Made by a program: the position numbers and the translations under genes
IMG/VR virus record: IMGVR_UViG_3300020325_000076
Location: 1 to 24,095 of that record
From: a virus
Taxonomy: Duplodnaviria > Caudoviricetes
Strand: one strand, 5' to 3'
Length of the DNA stretch: 24,095 nt
Shown here: positions 16,693 through 24,095 of the stretch, in pieces
Layout: each line of letters opens with the position of its first letter
Position numbering within the stretch: the stretch's first letter is position 1
Notes under the pieces: generated by a model
Told to the model about the DNA's origin: nothing
The model's input: the letters and a program-made list of their open reading frames with translations, nothing else
Databases searched by the model: none

Positions 16693-17595
16693 ATGCCAAC
16701 AACAAATACAAATTTTACTACGTTAATCAATGCGATTGACACAAAGGCGCAGAGTTTAGCGTCTTCCACAACTGATCCTAAAGACCTTGTGTATTTAGGT
16801 AAAACTCTTGAGGCTTTGAACGTCAGTACAGCGGTTTCAGACGTAATCAATCAAGGTGATACTCAGGTGGCTAGGGTGACCACAGAAGGTAACACTCAGG
16901 TAGCAGCCGTAGCAGCCCAAGGTGCAAACTACGCACCACTCTCAGGGGCTACATTCACTGGGGCAGTCAACGGAACTTCGCTGACATTATCAGGGGATTT
17001 AACGGTCAACGGAACCCAGACAGTAATCAATAGTTCAACTTTATCAGTAGACGATTTGAATATCACTGTGGCTGACGGTGCGGCTAATGCAGCGGCTGCA
17101 AACGGTGCAGGTCTGACAGTGGATGGTGCAGGAGCTACGTTCAATTATGCCAGTACTGGTGACAAGTGGACAACCAACAAAGGTCTAGACGTTGGCGGCA
17201 CTCTACAGATCGATGAAGTTATTGAAACGGCTACTATTAACTCAACCACTTCTGGCAATTTAGTCATAGATATGGTTGATCAAGCTGTCGTATTTTGTAA
17301 CGTAAATCAGACTGCTAATAGAACAGTTAACTTTCAAGGCGATAGTTCAGTTAATGTAGATGATATGTTGGCTGTAGGTCAAAGTATGAGTGTAGCCGTA
17401 TTAATGACCCAAGGTTCATCAGCCTACTACTTAAATGCTTATCAAGTAGACGGTAATGCAGTCACTCCAAAGTGGCAGGGCGGTAGCGCACCAACATCAG
17501 GTAATGCTTCTGGTATTGATGTATATACCTTTACCATAATCAAAACAGCTTCAGCGACATTCACAGTTTTGGCTTCAGTAGCTCAGTTTGCTTAA
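16693..17595 (+). CDS. Distal tail fibre B (paralog of 14288..15370)
   Basis: Shares LGKxxEAL, RVTTEGNTQVAAV, DLNITVAxGAAxAAAANGAGLTV, QTANRTVNF and DVYTFTI with fibre A. Confidence 0.8.
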   Translation: MPTTNTNFTTLINAIDTKAQSLASSTTDPKDLVYLGKTLEALNVSTAVSDVINQGDTQVARVTTEGNTQVAAVAAQGANYAPLSGATFTGAVNGTSLTLSGDLTVNGTQTVINSSTLSVDDLNITVADGAANAAAANGAGLTVDGAGATFNYASTGDKWTTNKGLDVGGTLQIDEVIETATINSTTSGNLVIDMVDQAVVFCNVNQTANRTVNFQGDSSVNVDDMLAVGQSMSVAVLMTQGSSAYYLNAYQVDGNAVTPKWQGGSAPTSGNASGIDVYTFTIIKTASATFTVLASVAQFA

Positions 17596-17610
17596 TAGGA
17601 GATAGTCACA

Positions 17611-18291
17611 ATGATTTTTCCTAAAAAACCACAGGTTTTATATGCACCCATGTTGGGAACTATAGGCGGTGGCTCTTTGCGGAGTTTTGGTCGAGGTACT
17701 GGCGGTAGTAACCTTGATCCTGTTCTTGATGGTAATTTTCCTGTTGGATACTATAACACTGGGATGGTTAATGCTAACAGTGGTTGGTTTTCATCAGGTA
17801 GTTATGGATACACTGGGGTAGACCAAGGAAGTGATTATCAGTTTACAGCAGGACAAGATGTAAGTAGGCAAGTAATAAGATATAAAACTTTGGCGTCTTC
17901 AAATCACTCGTTTTATATTATTATTTTTAAACTAGAAAATAATTCCACCAAGACTTTTTCAGTTCACTATGCCTTTAGAATAGATGATAGTACTGGTACT
18001 AATGCAACTGTTGTTACAAAAGACATAAATACTTGCCCTTCGGTTGGTAATTCGGTGATCCCTGCTACTGGAGATTACTATTTAGGGTGGCGTTCTGGCG
18101 TTCCTTCTGGCGTAGGCAATGGTTCGGCAGGTTCAATGTATGTTGAAACTACTGGTCAATATAATTCATCTAGTGTTATTCATTATAGTGGCAGCGGCGC
18201 ACCAAATAGCACTTATGGTTTTGGGGATCAAGTTACAATGGATACTCAAAATCAGGCAAAATACCTTGCTATAAGAATAGAAAACAAGTGA
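17611..18291 (+). CDS. Putative receptor-binding tip/adhesin B
   Basis: MIFPKKPQVLYAPMLGTIGGGS N-terminus as in tip A, different C-terminal beta domain; AGGAG SD. Confidence 0.6.
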   Translation: MIFPKKPQVLYAPMLGTIGGGSLRSFGRGTGGSNLDPVLDGNFPVGYYNTGMVNANSGWFSSGSYGYTGVDQGSDYQFTAGQDVSRQVIRYKTLASSNHSFYIIIFKLENNSTKTFSVHYAFRIDDSTGTNATVVTKDINTCPSVGNSVIPATGDYYLGWRSGVPSGVGNGSAGSMYVETTGQYNSSSVIHYSGSGAPNSTYGFGDQVTMDTQNQAKYLAIRIENK

Positions 18292-18310
18292 ATATAGCAA
18301 AGCAAACCCC

Positions 18311-18339
18311 TTGCAACCTCTGCTTTAAAATGGTATACT
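18311..18339 (+). promoter_or_regulatory. Sigma70-type promoter upstream of the GNAT/internal protein/lysis block
   Basis: TTGCAA (18311-18316), 17-nt spacer, TATACT (18334-18339) with extended -10 TG; lies in an intergenic gap. Confidence 0.75.
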
Positions 18340-18372
18340 TACAGCCATATTATTCAGGAAAATCAAAAACTT

Positions 18373-18834
18373 ATGCTAATAACGAGATTTCCTCGAAAAG
18401 AGGATATTTCTGCCATAGTTTCAATGGCAAAGGACTTCCAACAAAATAGTTTATTTAAGGATTGCGGCTTCGATGAAGACAAAGTTCGCCAGATAATTCT
18501 AAAATGTATAGACCCCACTAAACCGTATTTTATGACGGTGGGTGAACAGGATGGAATTATTCTTGGAGCATTCTGCGGAGAAATATCAGAATACTTTTTT
18601 AGCAAAAATCGTATCGCTACTGATTTGGCTATTTATGTAAATCCAAACGACAGAAGATTTACTTTAAAGTTTTTGAATAAAGCAATTGTTGAGTTTGAAA
18701 CTTGGGCAAAAAAGTGGGGAGCAATGGAAATATGTATTGCCCCTTCTTCAGGAGCTTACAGCCCCTCTTTTGAAAAATTTTTGCAAAAGAAAAAATACAA
18801 CAGAATAGGTTTTATAACCAAGAAAGGAATATAA
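18373..18834 (+). CDS. GNAT-family acetyltransferase-like protein
   Basis: 153 aa; GNAT pattern (VGEQDGIILGAF strand, AIYVNPNDRR, FETWAKKWGA, FLQKKKYNRIG); the acyl-CoA-binding R/QxxGxG loop is degenerate. Confidence 0.7.
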   Translation: MLITRFPRKEDISAIVSMAKDFQQNSLFKDCGFDEDKVRQIILKCIDPTKPYFMTVGEQDGIILGAFCGEISEYFFSKNRIATDLAIYVNPNDRRFTLKFLNKAIVEFETWAKKWGAMEICIAPSSGAYSPSFEKFLQKKKYNRIGFITKKGI

Positions 18835-18835
18835 T

Positions 18836-20371
18836 ATGTGTGGCGGTGGAGCTTCAAAAGGTGAAGTGCAAGACGTTGTTGATACTGCAGTAACCCCTCT
18901 TGTAGAAGCAGGTACTGGAATACAAAATACTTTAGGTACAGCTTCCGAAAGTGGTACTGTTACCTCTGGTACGGGTACAATGACATTACCAACTACATCT
19001 GTAAATCCTGAAACTGGTGAAGTTACTACAGGAACAAAATCGGTAGATTATGGTGGTAATGAAGTAGATGTGACGGACACTATTAAGGGAGATACTGAAA
19101 CCCTTATAGGTGGACAGGATAAATTAGGCTCTCAGATTGATGCAGGGTTTGCAAATTTTCAGCCTGTTAATGTAACTAGTACCACAATTGATACTTCAGA
19201 CTTGGCTAAATCAGATGCTATGGCAAAAGGCTTCAGTGATGTATTAACAGATACAGGCACTATTCGTTTAGATATAGCAGGTCAGGGGAAAAATATTGAT
19301 GCTATTAAAGAAGATACAGGTAAAATTGGTGGCATAGCTACGGATCTAGGCACAGTTAAAACAGGCGTTGCAGATGCTAATACTGCCCTTGGTGGGTTGG
19401 CTACCGATATATCCGATTTATCAGGCACACAGGCAAAGGGATTTAAAGATCTTACTGGCACAGTAAATAAAGGTTTTACTGATGCAGGTACGGCAATGAC
19501 CACTGGATTTGCAGACGCTCAAACAGATCGTGATAAGTTATCTGCAGACGTTCTAGGGGGCCAAGGTAAACTACAACAATATTTAAATGATATGTCTGGT
19601 AGAGCCGATACATACTACCAAGGTCTTTCAGGCAACCAAGCCACCCTGATGGAAGATGTTGGTGGGTTACAAAGTAATTTCACTGATTTTCGTGACACGT
19701 ATGATGCAAATACAAAGTTAGCTAATCAAACCCGTGCAGAATTACAGGACTCAGTTGTAGGCGGTTTTAACCGTATGCGTGGCGATATGGGGCAAGGTTT
19801 TGCAGATACTACTTCTGAGGTAAGGGGTGTAGGAGATAGTGTAGCAAGAGGAACTTCAACAGTAACAGATGCTCAAAATGCGGCTGCTACAGACTACACT
19901 CAAGCCATTAAGTCTCTAGCTACTGGCATGGATGCAGCTACAAGTGATGAAGCTGCACAACAAGGCGATATTATGCAGCGTCTTGATACAGTGAGAAATA
20001 TTTTATCTCAACAAGACATTAACATTTCTGACGGTCTTAGAGAGCAATATACAAAACTTGCGACATCTTTTGATGCACAAGGAAAGCTCATTAGAGAAAG
20101 TGTAGATGACAATGGTAACGTAACCAGACGTGCTATGGATGAGCAAAGTAATATTCTAATGGCTGAGTTTAACTCACAGGGTGGCTTACTCAATCAAAGT
20201 GTTATCAACGTCAATACACTCCTGAAGCAGATGGATGAACTAGGGTACACCAATGCAAATGTTCGTGGTGCTACGGGAGATCAATCACCTCAGAGTTTAG
20301 TAAACCGAAGGGCAGCGGTTGAGAGTGGAATTATGAGTAGGGATGGCAGTTTCTTTAACACAGTAGGATAA
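18836..20371 (+). CDS. Putative internal virion (ejection) protein with MCGGG N-terminus
   Basis: 511 aa, Gly/Thr/Asp/Ala-rich, helical 11-mer repeats; position equivalent to podoviral internal proteins. Confidence 0.55.
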   Translation: MCGGGASKGEVQDVVDTAVTPLVEAGTGIQNTLGTASESGTVTSGTGTMTLPTTSVNPETGEVTTGTKSVDYGGNEVDVTDTIKGDTETLIGGQDKLGSQIDAGFANFQPVNVTSTTIDTSDLAKSDAMAKGFSDVLTDTGTIRLDIAGQGKNIDAIKEDTGKIGGIATDLGTVKTGVADANTALGGLATDISDLSGTQAKGFKDLTGTVNKGFTDAGTAMTTGFADAQTDRDKLSADVLGGQGKLQQYLNDMSGRADTYYQGLSGNQATLMEDVGGLQSNFTDFRDTYDANTKLANQTRAELQDSVVGGFNRMRGDMGQGFADTTSEVRGVGDSVARGTSTVTDAQNAAATDYTQAIKSLATGMDAATSDEAAQQGDIMQRLDTVRNILSQQDINISDGLREQYTKLATSFDAQGKLIRESVDDNGNVTRRAMDEQSNILMAEFNSQGGLLNQSVINVNTLLKQMDELGYTNANVRGATGDQSPQSLVNRRAAVESGIMSRDGSFFNTVG

Positions 20372-20374
20372 AAT

Positions 20375-21109
20375 ATGCACCCTAAAACAATATCTGATCA
20401 GGGCATAAACCTGATAAAAAAATTCGAAGGATTAGCAAAAGTAGAAGACGATGGAATGATTGTTCCATATCGCTGCGTGGCTAATGTTTTAACGATTGGA
20501 TTTGGTCACTGCAAAGGCGTAAAGAAGAATATGAGGATCACAAAGGACGAAGCAGAACAGCTTCTACGGGATGATCTGAAGGTCTTCGAGCGTGAGGTTA
20601 AAAACCTTGTGACCGTACCATTAACCCAATACCAGTTCGATGCTCTAGTATCATTCTGCTTCAACCTTGGCTCTGCTAATTTTGCAAGCTCAACCTTACG
20701 GAAAAAGTTGAATGCAGGAGATTACTCTGCAGTTCCTGCACAATTGATGCGTTGGAATAAGGCACGGGTTAATGGTAAACTACAACCCCTCAACGGGCTT
20801 ACTCGTAGACGCTCTGCAGAGGCAGCTTTATTTACTTTAGATGCACAGTTACCTTCAGATGATCCTGATGTATCGATGCCGCAAAAGCCTGTGGTTCAAG
20901 ACAAGAAGCCACTCGCCAAATCTAAAACAATGGCAGGTGTTGGTATTGCAGGTGCAGCCACAGGTCTAAACGAAGTAGCAGGTCAGCTTGAGGGATTAGC
21001 TTCTTACTCAGGAAATCTACAGACTATCTTCTTAATCTGTGCGGTGGGCGGCATAGCATTGGCTGCATTCGCAAGATGGAAAGACCAAAAGGATGGCGTA
21101 GATGTTTAG
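20375..21109 (+). CDS. GH24 phage lysozyme (endolysin) with C-terminal hydrophobic segments
   Basis: LIKKFEG, TIGFGH, QFDALVSFCFNLG, LMRWNKA, GLTRRRSAE; tail with AGVGIAGAA and IFLICAVGGIALAAF. Confidence 0.92.
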   Translation: MHPKTISDQGINLIKKFEGLAKVEDDGMIVPYRCVANVLTIGFGHCKGVKKNMRITKDEAEQLLRDDLKVFEREVKNLVTVPLTQYQFDALVSFCFNLGSANFASSTLRKKLNAGDYSAVPAQLMRWNKARVNGKLQPLNGLTRRRSAEAALFTLDAQLPSDDPDVSMPQKPVVQDKKPLAKSKTMAGVGIAGAATGLNEVAGQLEGLASYSGNLQTIFLICAVGGIALAAFARWKDQKDGVDV

Positions 21110-21347
21110 CATCTTTGGCAAAATCAAAGACCTAATCATTGCGGCTTTAGTTATCGCCCTGCCCATCCTGTACATCGTAGGTCGGGTCAAAGGTAAATCC
21201 GCAGAGAAAAACAAGATTTTAAAAGATGAAATAAAAGCCAAAGAAAAGGCTACAGATTTTTATAAGGCAATGGCTGAACATGAAGAAGACGGTTCTCTTG
21301 ATACTCGTAGCGGTCTTACTGACAGGCTGCGAAAAGACGGTTTATAG
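21102..21347 (+). CDS. Probable inner-membrane spanin (Rz-like)
   Basis: N-terminal TM helix LIIAALVIALPILYIVG then charged coiled coil; follows the lysozyme, overlaps a lipoprotein gene. Confidence 0.7.
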   Translation: MFSIFGKIKDLIIAALVIALPILYIVGRVKGKSAEKNKILKDEIKAKEKATDFYKAMAEHEEDGSLDTRSGLTDRLRKDGL

Positions 21348-21534
21348 GACTAATTTAGAAGTCTACTGTCCACCCCTTAAATCATACTCAACTGATTATA
21401 ATGAAGCACTGGCACAGGAGCTAGACACTCTGCCAGAGGGCTACCAAGCTATCCCTAAAACAATAGCTGATTATGTAAAACTGCGTGATCGTATCCGTAG
21501 CTGCGAACAAGAAAAGGATAACCTTGATGGCTAA
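21280..21534 (+). CDS. Probable outer-membrane spanin lipoprotein (Rz1-like)
   Basis: Signal peptide with lipobox MKKTVLLILVAVLLTG-C; further Cys (YCPP, RSCE); overlaps the Rz-like gene in another frame. Confidence 0.75.
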   Translation: MKKTVLLILVAVLLTGCEKTVYRTNLEVYCPPLKSYSTDYNEALAQELDTLPEGYQAIPKTIADYVKLRDRIRSCEQEKDNLDG

Positions 21535-23596
21535 CACATTTCAGCAAACTCTAGCCAATATTTTTACTCCAGGTGATGATACCAAATATGTTGATGGTAA
21601 ATTAGTAAATAAAGATACTAATGAGGCAGTAGATGATAGTAACGCTGTTGTAGGAAATGATGGTACAGCTTTTAATGCGGTAACAAATAGCGTTTCTGAT
21701 GGGGTTTCAAATTTTGTTGATACAGCAACTAACGCAGCCAGTGGTATCGCTAATGACGCATCAATGGGCTTTGATAAGTTAATACTTAGTGAAGAAAAAT
21801 TCTTAGAAAAGTATGGTAAAGATGCTGTCGATGACTTCAATCATAGAACTAAGATTACAAGCCTCGCAAATAATAAACCAAATCTAACTACAGCCGAACT
21901 CAAAGAGTTAGGATTAAATGACGATGATATTGCGTCTTATAATTTTAAGGTAAAAGCAAACTCTGATGGTTCAGGTGGCGGCGGTGACGATAGCCAAAGC
22001 GGTGTAAATAATACTGTCGATGGGGCCAACGCAGGTGATGATTTAACTGCGTCTATGGAAAGTAAAATCTCGCAAGATAACATTCTAAAAATGTTAGAAA
22101 CTTCTGGTTTTATTAAAAGCCAAGAAGACCTACAGGAGTTGCTAAAAGATCCTGCTAAGTTTCTTACAGATCGTGGGGCTAATCTTTCCGAAATAGCAAA
22201 AACAATACAAGTTGATCCTGATGCATTAGGCACAATGCTAAATCCTGATGATTCAAAGTATGCGCTAGGAGATTTAGACAAGGCTACGGTATCTACAGTC
22301 GATGGGAATGTTAAAATAAATGTTCCCACGGAACAGCCCCTGAATGACCTAACTGTAGATTCTGCTTTGAGTGACCTTAATAACGAAAAGTTTAACGTCA
22401 AGGCGATTGAGGGAACCGTCACTGACGATATGCTTGTAGATAAAGACGAACTTAAGCTAGATAAAAAAGGTTTAGGTACGGGTGTTAACGAAGACGGTAC
22501 AGTTAATTATACAGGCGTAGCTCTTAATGATTATGCCGTTCAAAAGTTTGGTAGTGTAGTTAATACAAGTACAGTAGATGGTAAGTTACTAGCCGAAGCT
22601 TTGGGCGAGGGAAACTATGTAGATAGTAAGGCTACCATACTAGGTCAGATGGATCTGATTAGTGAGCAATTTGTAGATAATAACGGTAACCCTAAGATAC
22701 CAAGTTGGGCGCAAGGTGTATACGGAAGTCTAACTACCGACATGGCATTTAGCGGCCTTACTGGAACTCAAAAGATGGGGGTTCTGTCTAAAGGTTTGAT
22801 GGAAGCAAGTTTGTCAGTAGCAAAAGATGAAGCTGCATTTTTTCAAACTCTAACAACAACAAACCTAAGTAATAAACAAGAACAGATTATTCAAAAAGCT
22901 GCAACGATGGCAGGTTTAGATGAAGCTGAATTAGGTGTCATAGAAAGATCTTCTAAACATAATTCACAAGCTTTTTTAGACATGAATATGACTAACCTGA
23001 CTAATGAGCAACAATCTGAAATGATCAATGTAAAGAGTAAAGTGGATGCTCTATTTACTCAAACGTCAGAGAATAATCTTAGAAACAGGATGGTCTTCGA
23101 GACTGAAGCTGACTTCCAGAAATTTTATGCAGGAGTTGATTTAGAAGCACAGACTTTTATGGAAAAACTCAACTCCGATATTAAGATGTTCAACTCTGGA
23201 GAAATTAATGACTTCGAAGAGTTTCACGCCACTTTAGAAAACAGGCGGCAAGAGTTCACAACTAACTTGCAGTGGTTAATCGATGAGTCAAATGCAGGAT
23301 GGCGTAGGTCAGTAGAGAGCGAAAATACTGGCCTGACTTTCGATGCTGCAGCTACAGATGTTAAATCTATTCTTGGCCTCAGTCAGGAAGGTTTAAACCG
23401 TACATGGAATGAAGTTGATATAGTACTCGACTACTTGTTCAAGGGCGCACAATCAGAAGAAGAACTGGCGGTGCGATTGCTACTTGGGGAAATGGATGCT
23501 GAATCCCAATCAGGTGGCGGTAGCAGTTGGTTTAGCACTCTAGTTAGCGGAATTACCAAAGTAGTGGCAGCAAAATACACCGCAGGTTTAGCATAG
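21527..23596 (+). CDS. Large putative internal virion protein
   Basis: AAGGA SD at 21514-21518 favours ATG 21527; acidic N-half, helical Asn/Gln-rich C-half (IPSWAQG, TNLSNKQ), amphipathic C-terminus. Confidence 0.65.
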   Translation: MANTFQQTLANIFTPGDDTKYVDGKLVNKDTNEAVDDSNAVVGNDGTAFNAVTNSVSDGVSNFVDTATNAASGIANDASMGFDKLILSEEKFLEKYGKDAVDDFNHRTKITSLANNKPNLTTAELKELGLNDDDIASYNFKVKANSDGSGGGGDDSQSGVNNTVDGANAGDDLTASMESKISQDNILKMLETSGFIKSQEDLQELLKDPAKFLTDRGANLSEIAKTIQVDPDALGTMLNPDDSKYALGDLDKATVSTVDGNVKINVPTEQPLNDLTVDSALSDLNNEKFNVKAIEGTVTDDMLVDKDELKLDKKGLGTGVNEDGTVNYTGVALNDYAVQKFGSVVNTSTVDGKLLAEALGEGNYVDSKATILGQMDLISEQFVDNNGNPKIPSWAQGVYGSLTTDMAFSGLTGTQKMGVLSKGLMEASLSVAKDEAAFFQTLTTTNLSNKQEQIIQKAATMAGLDEAELGVIERSSKHNSQAFLDMNMTNLTNEQQSEMINVKSKVDALFTQTSENNLRNRMVFETEADFQKFYAGVDLEAQTFMEKLNSDIKMFNSGEINDFEEFHATLENRRQEFTTNLQWLIDESNAGWRRSVESENTGLTFDAAATDVKSILGLSQEGLNRTWNEVDIVLDYLFKGAQSEEELAVRLLLGEMDAESQSGGGSSWFSTLVSGITKVVAAKYTAGLA

Positions 23597-23607
23597 GAAC
23601 TCATTAA

Positions 23608-23787
23608 ATGAAATTTCAAGAAGCAGTAGTTAAATCTATTAAGTCCTACATGGATGGTAAAATACCTGAAGAATTAGAAAAAGTAACGGGTGAGCCGATG
23701 CTCTACACTCTGGAATATTTTGATGAACTAGAGAAAGAGCTAGAGATTGATGATCCTGAAATTAAGGAAGTGGAAGACGATGCTTAA
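23608..23787 (+). CDS. Small acidic hypothetical protein (59 aa)
   Basis: Not in ORF track; MKFQEAVVKSIKSYMDGKIPEELEKVTGEPMLYTLEYFDELEKELEIDDPEIKEVEDDA; AGGA upstream. Confidence 0.7.
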   Translation: MKFQEAVVKSIKSYMDGKIPEELEKVTGEPMLYTLEYFDELEKELEIDDPEIKEVEDDA

Positions 23788-24095
23788 TGTAAGAAACGCA
23801 GGGCCTATTCCTGGTGAAAACTTTCTCTCCGATAAGCGTAATTATCCTTGGCATAGACCACCTGAATTAGAGACTGTGGATGCTACTGTAGAGTATGTCA
23901 TGGGGAAGATGCAGGAAGAAGAAACTGCAGAGCTTGTATTCTCTATGATGGAACTAGAACGCCCTTTGACCAACATCGTCACAGGGCTTTTGTTGCAGGG
24001 TGTCGCAACTGGAAAATTTCAAATAGACATGGCTTTGTTGGCTGCAGGGCCAGTATATCGCTACATCAAAATGATAGCTGATAATGAGAACATTA
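23780..24095 (+). CDS. Conserved-type phage hypothetical protein (3' partial)
   Basis: Open to the window end: MLNVRNAGPIPGENFLSDKRNYPWHRPPE...; PIPG...PWxRPP motif recalled from this phage group. Confidence 0.75.
   Translation, partial: MLNVRNAGPIPGENFLSDKRNYPWHRPPELETVDATVEYVMGKMQEEETAELVFSMMELERPLTNIVTGLLLQGVATGKFQIDMALLAAGPVYRYIKMIADNENI

Larger units (their letters stand above)
1..24095 (+). mobile_element. Bacteriophage genome segment (podovirus-like packaging/structural/lysis module)
   Basis: Co-directional terminase, portal, scaffold, capsid, tail, fibre, lysozyme and spanin genes; no host housekeeping genes; no tape measure or sheath gene recognisable. Confidence 0.95.

Noticed and set aside
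14288-18291. Diversity-generating retroelement or invertible tail-fibre switch
   Set aside because: The paralogs differ at many synonymous positions rather than only at adenines, are in direct orientation, and no reverse transcriptase or invertase is in the window.
412-23619. All minus-strand ORFs and nested alternative-frame plus-strand ORFs in the track (e.g. 412..792, 9137..9595, 12659..13105, 21937..22422, 3441..3755, 13291..13617)
   Set aside because: They lie wholly over well-supported + strand genes, show no recognisable motifs and read like antisense or frame shadows of biased codon usage.
1-24095. Stop-codon reassignment
   Set aside because: TAA, TAG and TGA all terminate genes at tight junctions, and core genes are full length under the standard code.

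Overview
The whole window is the packaging and virion module of a marine short-tailed dsDNA phage. Gene order and motifs resemble HMO-2011-type/cobavirus-like phages of marine Alphaproteobacteria; this is recognised from memory, not from a database search. All credible genes are on the + strand and tightly packed: nine small genes (four very Lys/Arg-rich), terS, terL with an extra N-terminal DNA-binding-like domain, portal, a SleB-hydrolase-fused head-module protein, scaffold, major capsid, two tail tube proteins, a main fibre, two paralogous fibre+tip cassettes joined by a 61-aa adaptor-like gene, a GNAT-like gene, and internal virion proteins with a lysozyme/spanin cassette nested among them. 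Best leads: (1) a recurring predicted RNA motif set (CC opposite C(Y)AC internal loops; C-ANUA-G tetraloops) in the leaders of the scaffold and capsid genes; (2) an apparently branched dual receptor-binding system; (3) the hydrolase and terminase fusions; (4) apparent absence of CCGG, CGCG and GGWCC.
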